A stretch of 26,439 nt of DNA from Planctomycetota bacterium. Its GTDB lineage: Bacteria; Planctomycetota; GCA-002687715; DRQF01. A model generated the notes under the pieces. The model did not search any database and was not told the DNA's origin. It was given only the letters and a program-made list of their open reading frames with translations. Shown here piece after piece: positions 1 to 8,433 of the stretch; position 1 is the first letter of the stretch, and each line of letters starts with the position of its first letter. The translations under genes and the position numbers were made by a program. The DNA lies in NCBI GenBank assembly GCA_036479435.1, contig JAZGFI010000175.1:1-26439 (forward strand), given 5' to 3'.

Positions 1-329
1 GGAATCCAGCCCTCCGCCAACCATTGAATGACCTGGGGCAAGATCTCGATGACTTCAACTTTTGAGGTCCGTGAGTCCTTAAGCGCTTCGAGAGCGGTGA
101 AACCGAGTCCCAATCCGCCCACCAAGATCTCAAGATTGTCGTTCCCTTGATGAATCTCGAGGGCGCGACTGGCGAGCGCACGTTCCGACTCCGTGTGATA
201 ACTGCTCATCAAAAAAACATGGTCAAGCGTGACTTCGGTCACGATGATGCCGGGACGCGAGAGCAACTCGCGACGCCGTAAACAAAGCAGGCCAAGGGGC
301 GTCTCTTGGTAGTCGAGCAATTCAATCAT
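1..329 (-). CDS. Spermidine-synthase-like class I SAM-dependent transferase (3' end runs off the window; not in ORF track)
   Basis: Hand translation from ATG at 329: MIELLDYQETPLGLLCLRRRELLSRPGIIVTEVTLDHVFLMSSYHTESERALASRALEIHQGNDNLEILVGGLGLGFTALEALKDSRTSKVEVIEILPQVIQWLAEGWI. It has SAM-binding motif I (LVGGLGLG), an acidic residue at the end of beta-2 (VIE) and the FLMSS...SE..LA signature. The start overlaps the upstream stop (ATGATTGA). Confidence 0.8.
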   Translation of the reverse strand, partial: MIELLDYQETPLGLLCLRRRELLSRPGIIVTEVTLDHVFLMSSYHTESERALASRALEIHQGNDNLEILVGGLGLGFTALEALKDSRTSKVEVIEILPQVIQWLAEGWI

Positions 330-1587
330 GGCGTGCCGCTTCATCCGAGTGACCATCAATCCGACTTCGTAAATACTCGCGCTGCGGGTCGGACCCCGCC
401 AAGCTAGCCGCAAGGCGAAACGCGGCTCGCGACTCATCAGCGTTTCCGGCGAGCGAAAGGAGCTCGGCTCGAACGACATGGTAGCAGAGATAGGGCGCCA
501 GAATTTCCTTCCCTTCCAAGGCCTGAAACTCGTGGAAGCCAGCGGCCGGGCCTCGGGCCATGGCGATCGCGACGCAACGATTCAAGGCCACCACGGGTGA
601 AGAAGTCAAGGCCAGCAGTTGGTCATAGAACTTCAAGATTTGTGGCCAATCGGTCGCCGCGGTGCTGGGTGCCGCCGCGTGACAGGATGCGATTCCCGCC
701 TCCAAATGAAAGCGACTCAGCGCTGGGCTCTTCATGGCTGCGAGTAAATGACGAAAGCCGCGCCGGATGAGGTCTTGGTCCCAGCGTCCGCGATCTTGAT
801 CCGCCAAGAGCTGCAAACGCCTCGCTTCGTCCGATCGCGTCGTCAAGCGAGCGGCGTGAAAGCACATGAGTGCCGCCAAAGCTTCACCCGAAGGACTCGC
901 GATCGCCGGATTCTCCAGCAAGACGCTGAGTAAGCGCATCGCCTCGTCAACAAGGTCGCGGCGTACCAGCTCTCGGCCCTGGTCCGCCACATAGCCAGCG
1001 TTGAACATCAAGTAGATGACGTCGAGAACAGAATCAACCCGCGCCGCCAGATTCGCCGGCGAAGGAAAATCGAAGGGGATCTCCCCTTCCTTCAAGACTC
1101 GCTTGGCCCGAACCAAGCGCTGCTGAATGGTCGCGCGTTCTGCAAACAGGGCGCGCGAGATTTCCCCGGTGCTGAAACCGCCGACAAGCCCTAGCGTCAA
1201 GGCGACTCGAGAGGGACCGGCGAGATTCTCGTTGCAACAGTGAAAGATCATCCGCAGCACGCTGTCCGCGACTTCGTCGGGCAACAGCTCCTCGGATGCC
1301 CGCGCCTCAACATCCAAGTCGGGCAAGAAGTCCATCTGCCGACTCGATCGCCGAATGCGATCAAAGGCCGCGTTCTTCGCCACGGTCCGCAACCAGCCCT
1401 TGGGATTGTTGGGGACACCATGAAAAGGCCAACTGCGAAGGGCCTTTAGGAGAGCCTCTTGCACGACGTCCTCGGCGAGCCCGAGATGTTGCACTCCGAG
1501 CTGCCGAGTCAGTTCAGCCGTGATCTCGGTCGATGCCTGGCGGAAGAGATGGCCCACCAAGTCATCGACACAACCTTTTTGGGGCAT
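322..1587 (-). CDS. ECF RNA polymerase sigma factor, ECF42-like, with C-terminal TPR-containing extension
   Basis: Sigma2 (LAEDVVQEA, WP..G.P.NP.GWL), LRMIF.CC motif, sigma4 (GFSTGEI...QRLVRAK) and a long C-terminal extension (IYLMFN.GY, LADQDR.RWD, TDWPQI..YD.L, SPVVALNR.VA). A DGPF gene lies directly upstream, the typical ECF42 context. Confidence 0.9.
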   Translation of the reverse strand: MPQKGCVDDLVGHLFRQASTEITAELTRQLGVQHLGLAEDVVQEALLKALRSWPFHGVPNNPKGWLRTVAKNAAFDRIRRSSRQMDFLPDLDVEARASEELLPDEVADSVLRMIFHCCNENLAGPSRVALTLGLVGGFSTGEISRALFAERATIQQRLVRAKRVLKEGEIPFDFPSPANLAARVDSVLDVIYLMFNAGYVADQGRELVRRDLVDEAMRLLSVLLENPAIASPSGEALAALMCFHAARLTTRSDEARRLQLLADQDRGRWDQDLIRRGFRHLLAAMKSPALSRFHLEAGIASCHAAAPSTAATDWPQILKFYDQLLALTSSPVVALNRCVAIAMARGPAAGFHEFQALEGKEILAPYLCYHVVRAELLSLAGNADESRAAFRLAASLAGSDPQREYLRSRIDGHSDEAARHD

Positions 1588-1593
1588 CGGGCT

Positions 1594-1947
1594 TTAGCTA
1601 GGACCTTCCATCTCTTCGACGGCGCGAATCTCGATGCTGCCGAACTGAAGATGAGGACAATCCGCAGCCAGCGACTGCGCGGCATCGTAACCTTCAGCTT
1701 CCACTAAGAAGAAACCGCCGAAGACCTCCTTGGCTTCCGCGAAAGGTCCGTCGGTTACCGCCATTTTGCCGTCGGCTCCTCTTAGCAGCCGGCCTTCGCC
1801 GTCACAGAGCTTCTCGCCGCCGAGATGTTGAGCACCGAGTTTCTCGCACCAAGCGCCATAGGCCTGAATGACCTTTTGCATCTCTTCCGGGCTAACGTCG
1901 TCGAATTCTCCGATGCGATCTCGCAGTAAAAGCATGTATCTAGCCAT
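1594..1947 (-). CDS. YciI/DGPF-domain protein
   Basis: 117 aa with M.RYMLL, TDGPFAEAKEVFGGFFLV and GSIEIR. Shine-Dalgarno AAGGAGG at 1954-1960. Confidence 0.9.
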   Translation of the reverse strand: MARYMLLLRDRIGEFDDVSPEEMQKVIQAYGAWCEKLGAQHLGGEKLCDGEGRLLRGADGKMAVTDGPFAEAKEVFGGFFLVEAEGYDAAQSLAADCPHLQFGSIEIRAVEEMEGPS

Positions 1948-2004
1948 GACCGGCCTCCTTAAGGTTCTCGATTAGCGACGCACTCAGCGCCCTTTCATCT
2001 CGAC

Positions 2005-2031
2005 GACGAACGGCGGACGCGAAAATCGACC
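2005..2031 (-). promoter_or_regulatory. Candidate ECF42-type promoter for the DGPF-ECF operon
   Basis: Minus strand reads GGTCGA-TTTTCGCGTCCGCCGTT-CGTC, resembling the recalled ECF42 consensus (-35 TGTCGA, -10 CG(A/T)C) with one mismatch, about 60 nt upstream of the DGPF start. Confidence 0.55.
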
Positions 2032-2151
2032 GACTAAGTAAATTAATCGAGGTTGATAACTCAGAGCCGAGGAACGGTCAGCGCTTAGTGGGTTGTCAAA
2101 TTAAGTTGCAGCTCGCAAGATGTCACGAATTCACTTAATGACCCGCCAGGA

Positions 2152-3339
2152 CTATTGCAGCTCTTTCGCGATGGCGGCTTCGAGTTCATCCGGGGAAAAC
2201 TGGAAGGGCCCCGGCCCTCCGTGATAGGCGATGCGACCATCGCGGCCCACGAGATACAGGCGATCCGGCCAGGCGGAGTAGGCCTTGTTGGCGCTATCCT
2301 TCAGATCATCGACGAGGGCTGGCATCGGCGCGAGAGCGAGCTTGGTCATGCAGACCGCCGCGACGTTGCTGCGCTCATCCAAGTTGACGGGATCTTCAAC
2401 GATCGGCATGCCATCGCCGCCCATGGGGGAACGACTGTCGATGGCATGGGCCTCGCGAATGTAGACCAAGAAAAACTGAACCTCATCGCCGTAGTCTTGC
2501 CACACCTTCTTCAGCCGACCGGCTGAGTTACGAAACGGCGGTCAGGTGTAGCTACCGAAGATGAGGGCAACGGGTTTTTTTCCTCGAAACGATGACAAGG
2601 CAACGTCGCTTCTACTTTCAAGGGACCTGAGCACGAAATCGGGAGCTTGGCTCCCTACTTCGGGGCCGGTCTTAGGGCGCGATGCCCCGGCCCCTCGCCC
2701 TGCCCCGGGTTGCCGGCGCCGCAGAGTCCAGACGCCATCGCCGTCATCTCGCGAGTTGAAGAAACTCACGAGCTCGATCTTCGATGCGCGGCCATCGGAG
2801 TCTTTGTCGACTCCGTCTAAAACGGACTTCCAGGGATCGGTACCACGCATCGTGGGTGACGGCTCGGAAGCAAACTTCTTGCCCTTCGACGCACTGGCGA
2901 ACTCGGCCGCGTCGACTTGTCCATCACCGCCCGTATCCATGCGATCGACGGCTGATTCCAGCTCGCTGAGAGCGAGGCTGTCAGCATCGTCGGCGACTTG
3001 GAAGTAGCGCGCGACCATGCGCTGCGCCATCATCCCGCGCATCATCTCTTTTCGGGATGGGCCCTTCGACTCGAAATCGGCAGCGGTCAAGATGCCGTCG
3101 TTGTCGCGATCGACGCGCTCGAAACTCTTCTGATCGCGTTTGTACTCACTCGCCGTGATACGGCCGTCAGCATCGCCATCGTACTTCTGCTCGAGGTAGG
3201 TCCAAACAGACGCCTGTTCGCCCGAAACATCCATCGGCGTTGCTGCCGCATCCAGGCCACCCGAGGGTGACGACGACGCGCAAGCGGCAAGGCCAAAACA
3301 AGCCACGCTGCAAGCCAGCCCGTAAACAAAATTCTTCAT
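2152..3339 (-). CDS. Lipoprotein with EF-hands and a C-terminal iodothyronine-deiodinase-like thioredoxin-fold domain; selenoprotein (UGA at 2542-2544 = Sec266; 395 aa)
   Basis: The two track ORFs share a frame and are joined across TGA: ...APDF...KPVALIFGSYT*PPFRNSAGRLKKVWQDYGDEVQFFLVYIREAH...DD...AYSAWPDRLYLV...IAYHGGPGPF. These match deiodinase motifs FGSxTUPPF, YIxEAH, P(E/D)RLY and GGPGP. Start ATG 3339 has SD AGGAG and lipobox LAA-C20. EF-hand loops: DGDADGRITASE, DRDNDGILTAAD, DTGGDGQVDAAE, DKDSDGRASKIE. Confidence 0.88.
2497..2541 (-). promoter_or_regulatory. Putative bacterial SECIS element directly 3' of the Sec UGA
   Basis: The mRNA after UGA reads CCGCCGUUUCGUAAC-UCAGCC-GGUC-GGCUGA-AGAAGGUGUGG. 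It forms a perfect 6-bp upper stem (2511-2526) with a 4-nt loop starting GG at +22, and an imperfect lower stem is possible (CGCCGUUU with GAAGGUG). Confidence 0.7.
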
Positions 3340-3509
3340 TGCCTGCTCCTGATCATCGCGGACCCGAGAGTCGATACGATTCTCGATCCTTACCGCCAAC
3401 GAAAAACGCAAATCGCGGCCGCGGACAGCCAGCAATTTACGCCAGGATCAAGGACTGATCGTATCACGGGTGGCGGAAGAGGTCACCTTCCCGGTTGAGG
3501 GAGGAGGCT

Positions 3510-6500
3510 TTACTTTAGGAGTTTCAATTCGGCGGTGGCTGAGGTGTGCTCGGTGAAAGTTGTGACTTTCTCGGCCACGCACTTTAGGAGGAAACTCTTG
3601 GTGGCCGCGAGGTCGCCGCGGGCGCGGCGGAATTGGGCGACGTAGTAGTAAGCTTCGCAGCGGTGTTCGCGATCCTTCGCGGCGAGGCGGATAAAGGCCT
3701 TCTCGCTCAGATCTCCGGCGAAGTAGTTCATGACGGTTCGCGACCACTTATCCAAAGCGAGCGTCGTCTCGGCGCGGTACAGAGCAGCTTTAGTCTGCAC
3801 CGCATCCAGTTGGGTTCCCGTGCGAAGATCGATCAGCAGGCGCCGCATGAGCAAGTAGGGATGTTGATTTCCCTGATCGCTGCGAGCCTGGGCCTCGATG
3901 GCACTTCGGGCTTTTCTCCATTCGCGCCGATTGAAGAAATCATAGGCGCTGCGGGAATAACTCGACGGTTCGGGAAGGTCAGGTCCACGGGCGGATGCGA
4001 CCAAATGAAAGCGCTCTTTCCACGCCGCCTTGATGAGGGCTTTGGGCCACTCAAGACTCTCAAGGATGCGGTGATTCTTCAGCGACTTGTCGGCGGTTGC
4101 GACGGCTAGCCAATTCACGCCGTCATGAAGGAGCAAGTGAGGACGCTGACCAGCTTTGCTTTTCGCATTGAAGAATCCACGTGGAAAAGTCTTCGAAGTC
4201 TCCCATGATTGGATGGGCCGGGTTCGATTGGGGAACTTCTTCATCACAAAGACTTTTTGCGTCGTCGAAATGGGCCACATGGCCGTGAGTTCATAGCCGT
4301 CTTTCGCCTTTTTTTTGATCCAGTCGGAGGGGATCACCGAGTCCGGCTTGTAGGACTGACCGATCTGGTTGCTATTGGCGAACTTTCTCATGACGACGGT
4401 GTGCTCGCTGCCCGACCACCCACCGGTTTCCAAGACGTATTTCTCGTCCCAACGCTTTTTGATCCAAGCGGCGGGAAAAGCCTTGGACACTTCAGTTCGC
4501 TGTTGAAACCCCTTCGCTTGGGTATCGAACACGGCCCAACGGTCAGCGCCGTGACTGATGTAGTTGACGTAGTAGCCCTCTTTTTGATTCCTGTCGTCGA
4601 GGGTCTTAAGGGGCTTCGGCCAAGACGGCCGAAGGATCCAACGCACCGAGCGATACTGCCCCTGGTGCATGATGACGAACCACTTGTCGAGCCTTTTGAG
4701 AAGAGCCTTTTGGTTCGGGAACAGAGCGATGGACTGGCGGGCGTCGATATAAGCCGCAGTCTTCGATTTTAACTTGTCATGGCAGTCGCTTCGCAAGGCA
4801 AGTGCCCGGCTGTTGTAGGGCTCACGCTTTAGGATGTGATCAAGATCAGCTCTTGCGTCGCGGTAGTTCTTTTTCTCTATGTACTGAAGCGCGCGCTGTA
4901 ACCTGATGCCGGGTTGATCGTAGTCGGCGATGGCAGCCGTCAAATCGCGGATCTTGCCCGCTGAAAACTGGGGGCCGAGGCGTCTGAGCGCTCCTTCCAA
5001 ACGAGCGATCCCCAGCAAACGACGGATCTCGGCTCGCTGCTTTGCCGGTAAGGCCTTGTCTTTGGAGAGAGCATTGGCCTGCGAAATCGCGGCGCCAATG
5101 ACGCCGGAGGCTCCGCCGGGGTCGGCAAGCGCCGCCTTGATATGCCAGATTTGTCCCTCGAGTGATAGGCTCGGCACACCAAGGTATCCGCGGCGTGCCT
5201 CGGCGTAATCGCCGTCGAGATGCTTCGCTCGAGAAAAGCGCAAGAGGTTATTCACTAACTCCGCAGACGGCGGCGCCCCCAATGTGACCACAATCTCAAT
5301 GACTTCAGACCCGAGGTTTGGCGCAGAAAACCAAGGCATAGGGCGCTTCTTAGATCTTCGTGAGCCGCCAAACTTAAGCGCCTGCAGGTAATCGCGGTAG
5401 GCGCCTGCAGCGTCCTGGATCGCCATTTTCGAGACGGCGCGGTTGAGCCAGGCCTGAGAAAACTTGCCGTCATCAGCAATAGCGCGGTCAAAAAAGACGA
5501 TTGCTTCGCGATGGCGTCCCTGTTTGGCCTCCGCATAGCCAATGTTGTTATTGACGATGGCGGTAGTCAACCCACTCGTAACGGCGCTCGCTCGCTTGGC
5601 GAGATCGCTGTCGGCGAGCGAATCGCCCGCGACCGCTTTGAGAGCGATGAGGTTGGACAAGGCCGCCGCGTCTTTCGCATCCTGCCTCAAGGCATCTTCA
5701 AGATCCATTTGGACCAAAGCAGAGGCTGGAACCAAGCGGGTGCTTCCTTGCCGATAGGCCTGGGAGGCCTCCAACCACCATTTCACCACGGCTCGATTCG
5801 AATAAGTGGTCGCATCCTGACCCTTGTCATCGTCGAGAACAAAAGTCAGGTCTTGGTAGGCCTCTTCCATGTTCTCAAAGATGCTCAACAGCGCTCCGCG
5901 CATGCGGCGGGCCCTAATGGACTTGGAGTCGATCTCTAACGCACGATTGAGCGACTCGAGAGCCTTGACTACGTCCATCTCAGCAAGTTGTTTGGCGGCG
6001 CGGTCTGCGCAAACTGCTGCCGTCTCGCGAAAAGTCTCGATACTCTTGCGGCGAACGTTCCCCGCACGGTCCGTCGCCACGAGTTCGAATTTGTTCACTC
6101 CCGGGACCAAGCTAAGCGTCCGAGTGAATCGGCCGAAGATATCGACGGTAACCGGTTTGCCCGCAAGTTCCACCGTCTCAAGGTTGGTGTCCATCACGCC
6201 GCAAGCCACAGACAATGAAGTCTCGATCAGGGTCTTGGGAAAGGCGTCTACGAAGATGTCCGGTTGCTTGGTGTCGACGACGAAAGCCCGTTCGATCGTC
6301 GTAGATTTTTTGGTCTCATCCGTGGCCGTGGCCTTAATCCGATAAGAACCGTCGTCGAGGGCGACGACGCTATTCCAAGGAATCCCCAAGGTATCACCAG
6401 CCGAATTCATGGCGTTGACATTGCGGTTCGTGGGACCTGTGATGCTCAAACTCACTCGGCAAGTGGTCGCGTCCTGGTAGCTTCCAATAATCGAAACCGG

Positions 6501-8360
6501 ATTCTCACGCACATGGGCGCCCTGCGCTGGCACGGCAATGGCCATCACCGGCGGGCGGGAGTCCGATCGGAGATTCAGTTCTATCTCCGCCGCGGAATCG
6601 CCGAAAGCGATGAGGCGAATGGAAATCTGGTGGCCCCCTTCGGGCAGAACGAGCTCAGAGCGAAACTGCCCGCCGCTAATCTTGACCTGGTCTCCGTTGA
6701 CCTCGAGCTGGCTTTGGTCCAAACCGAAGTCATAAAGACGATCAAGGTCGACACTGCCGAGGATCGAGGCGCGACCGTCGGGAAGGATCGCGCCGGACTT
6801 GGGGCGCTCTATTTTCAGAGCCGCGCCGAGGGCCTGAGTGATGGCACTCGCGATCTCGCGGCTCAATTCTTTACCGCCGGCGTCCTCATCGATAGACAGG
6901 GCCTCTCGGCAAAGTTCATAGGCGCGACCGAGATTGCCATCTTCGAGTTGCCGTTGTCCCAAGACCAGCAGCGCTGGTCTTAACTCGGCATCGAGGCCGG
7001 GGTAGTCCGGTGATTCCTTCTTCACGCGAAGAAGCGTCGTCACGCCGCGGTCAAGGGTGGCAGGACGACGAATGTCGGCCACGCCTTCGTCGAAGCGTGC
7101 CCGATACTCGCCAACATTAGAGCCAATCCACCCCAGTTTCCACGCCGCGAATCCACTCCCGGCGGCGATCAAAAACAGAAATGCAAACAGCACGAGGGCC
7201 GTTCGACCCCGCCGTACTGGAGCGTGCCGCGCCCCGCTCGGGACCACGGTACGCGACATTCTTGTTGCCGCGTTCGAATCCGAAGGAGCTCGCGGGGCCA
7301 TCGTCGGCGGAATGGTCGAACTAAGGGGCGGCACGATCGTTCCAGGGATGCTCTGAAGATCGCTATTGCTCTGCACGGCATCGCGAATGCGTTGCATCGT
7401 CGCCGTGGGCACTATGGCGGTCGTCCGGTCGGGACGGTCACCGGCCATCTGAACCCCGCGAGCCAACTGCTCTTCGCCTTTGCGATTGCGATAAGGCGCC
7501 AAGAGTGAAATGACTTCGACGCCGCTTTGAGGGCGCTTGCTTGGGTTCTTGTCAATGGCGCGACGGTAGAAGTCGATGACGCCATCTTCGAGGTCCGGGC
7601 GTTCGAGGGCAAGATCCGGGAGCGGGTCGTCACAAACGCGGCGCATGACATCGACCAAGGAACCACTGGGCACCGCGTGATGCCCCGTCAACATGTAGTA
7701 GAGCGTCAAGGCCAGCGAGTAGACATCGGCCGCCGGTGTCAGGCTTTTCGCATCCGCGTACTGTTCCGGTGGCATGTAGTTGGGCGTGCCCATCATCAAG
7801 CCGCTGCGCGTCTCAAGACCGTCCAAGCTCTCTGCGACTTTTGCCAAGCCCAAATCCGCGACTTTGATCCGACCGTGGTCGGCAATCATGATGTTGTCGG
7901 GTTTAATGTCGCGGTGGACGATGCCCATCTTGTGGGCTTGCGCTAATCCACGAGCCGCTTCATAGATGATCGTGACCGCGGCGCTGCTGGGCTCGATATG
8001 GCCCACGCGATTCACGCGCTCGCGGATCGTCTCACCCGGCACGAACTCCATGACGAGGTAGTGGATGCCGCGCGACTCGTGGACGTCGAAAACGCGTACC
8101 AGGTTCTCACTGTCAATGGAAGCGGCGACCGTAGCCTCGCGGCGAAAGCGTTGAACGAACTCCTCATTTTCCTGGGCTAGCCCGGGTCTCAAGCACTTGA
8201 CCGCGACGTCAATATCCAGCTTAAGGTGACGGCCGCGGTAAACGGTTCCCATCCCCCCCTGCCCGAGTTTCGCCGTCAAGACGACGGGGTAAAGGACCTT
8301 GAAGCCCTCCACCTCCCAGGCGTTTTGAAGCAGTGGGTCCGATCTAAAATCGCCGCTCAT
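3510..8360 (-). CDS. Receptor-like Hanks-type Ser/Thr kinase (kinase - TM - TPR - Ig-like repeats - TPRs - Trp/Lys repeat domain - NlpI-like C-terminus), 1616 aa
   Basis: GQGGMGTV, VAVK, HRDIKPDN, DLG, GTPNYMPPEQ and DVYSL motifs. A Pro/Thr linker precedes the TM helix (RRGRTALVLFAFLFLIAAG). Beta-sandwich repeats (L.EG.H.I.I, L.DGSY.I.ATATD, L.PG.N.F.L.ATDRAGN) and TPR patterns (A...RA, AWLNRA) follow. Confidence 0.92.
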   Translation of the reverse strand: MSGDFRSDPLLQNAWEVEGFKVLYPVVLTAKLGQGGMGTVYRGRHLKLDIDVAVKCLRPGLAQENEEFVQRFRREATVAASIDSENLVRVFDVHESRGIHYLVMEFVPGETIRERVNRVGHIEPSSAAVTIIYEAARGLAQAHKMGIVHRDIKPDNIMIADHGRIKVADLGLAKVAESLDGLETRSGLMMGTPNYMPPEQYADAKSLTPAADVYSLALTLYYMLTGHHAVPSGSLVDVMRRVCDDPLPDLALERPDLEDGVIDFYRRAIDKNPSKRPQSGVEVISLLAPYRNRKGEEQLARGVQMAGDRPDRTTAIVPTATMQRIRDAVQSNSDLQSIPGTIVPPLSSTIPPTMAPRAPSDSNAATRMSRTVVPSGARHAPVRRGRTALVLFAFLFLIAAGSGFAAWKLGWIGSNVGEYRARFDEGVADIRRPATLDRGVTTLLRVKKESPDYPGLDAELRPALLVLGQRQLEDGNLGRAYELCREALSIDEDAGGKELSREIASAITQALGAALKIERPKSGAILPDGRASILGSVDLDRLYDFGLDQSQLEVNGDQVKISGGQFRSELVLPEGGHQISIRLIAFGDSAAEIELNLRSDSRPPVMAIAVPAQGAHVRENPVSIIGSYQDATTCRVSLSITGPTNRNVNAMNSAGDTLGIPWNSVVALDDGSYRIKATATDETKKSTTIERAFVVDTKQPDIFVDAFPKTLIETSLSVACGVMDTNLETVELAGKPVTVDIFGRFTRTLSLVPGVNKFELVATDRAGNVRRKSIETFRETAAVCADRAAKQLAEMDVVKALESLNRALEIDSKSIRARRMRGALLSIFENMEEAYQDLTFVLDDDKGQDATTYSNRAVVKWWLEASQAYRQGSTRLVPASALVQMDLEDALRQDAKDAAALSNLIALKAVAGDSLADSDLAKRASAVTSGLTTAIVNNNIGYAEAKQGRHREAIVFFDRAIADDGKFSQAWLNRAVSKMAIQDAAGAYRDYLQALKFGGSRRSKKRPMPWFSAPNLGSEVIEIVVTLGAPPSAELVNNLLRFSRAKHLDGDYAEARRGYLGVPSLSLEGQIWHIKAALADPGGASGVIGAAISQANALSKDKALPAKQRAEIRRLLGIARLEGALRRLGPQFSAGKIRDLTAAIADYDQPGIRLQRALQYIEKKNYRDARADLDHILKREPYNSRALALRSDCHDKLKSKTAAYIDARQSIALFPNQKALLKRLDKWFVIMHQGQYRSVRWILRPSWPKPLKTLDDRNQKEGYYVNYISHGADRWAVFDTQAKGFQQRTEVSKAFPAAWIKKRWDEKYVLETGGWSGSEHTVVMRKFANSNQIGQSYKPDSVIPSDWIKKKAKDGYELTAMWPISTTQKVFVMKKFPNRTRPIQSWETSKTFPRGFFNAKSKAGQRPHLLLHDGVNWLAVATADKSLKNHRILESLEWPKALIKAAWKERFHLVASARGPDLPEPSSYSRSAYDFFNRREWRKARSAIEAQARSDQGNQHPYLLMRRLLIDLRTGTQLDAVQTKAALYRAETTLALDKWSRTVMNYFAGDLSEKAFIRLAAKDREHRCEAYYYVAQFRRARGDLAATKSFLLKCVAEKVTTFTEHTSATAELKLLK

Positions 8361-8433
8361 CGAGTTCCATTCCCTTCGATCACGCAGCTCCGAACTTCGC
8401 CCGAGCTGCCGTCGTCATCCTATCGTCGCCGGG

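Noticed and set aside
2152..3435. Two separate genes (117 aa and 297 aa), or a pseudogene
   Set aside because: The stop is TGA, falls exactly at the deiodinase catalytic residue, keeps frame and is followed by a SECIS-like hairpin, with no other lesions. The TTG start at 3435 is also rejected in favour of ATG 3339, which has an SD and lipobox.
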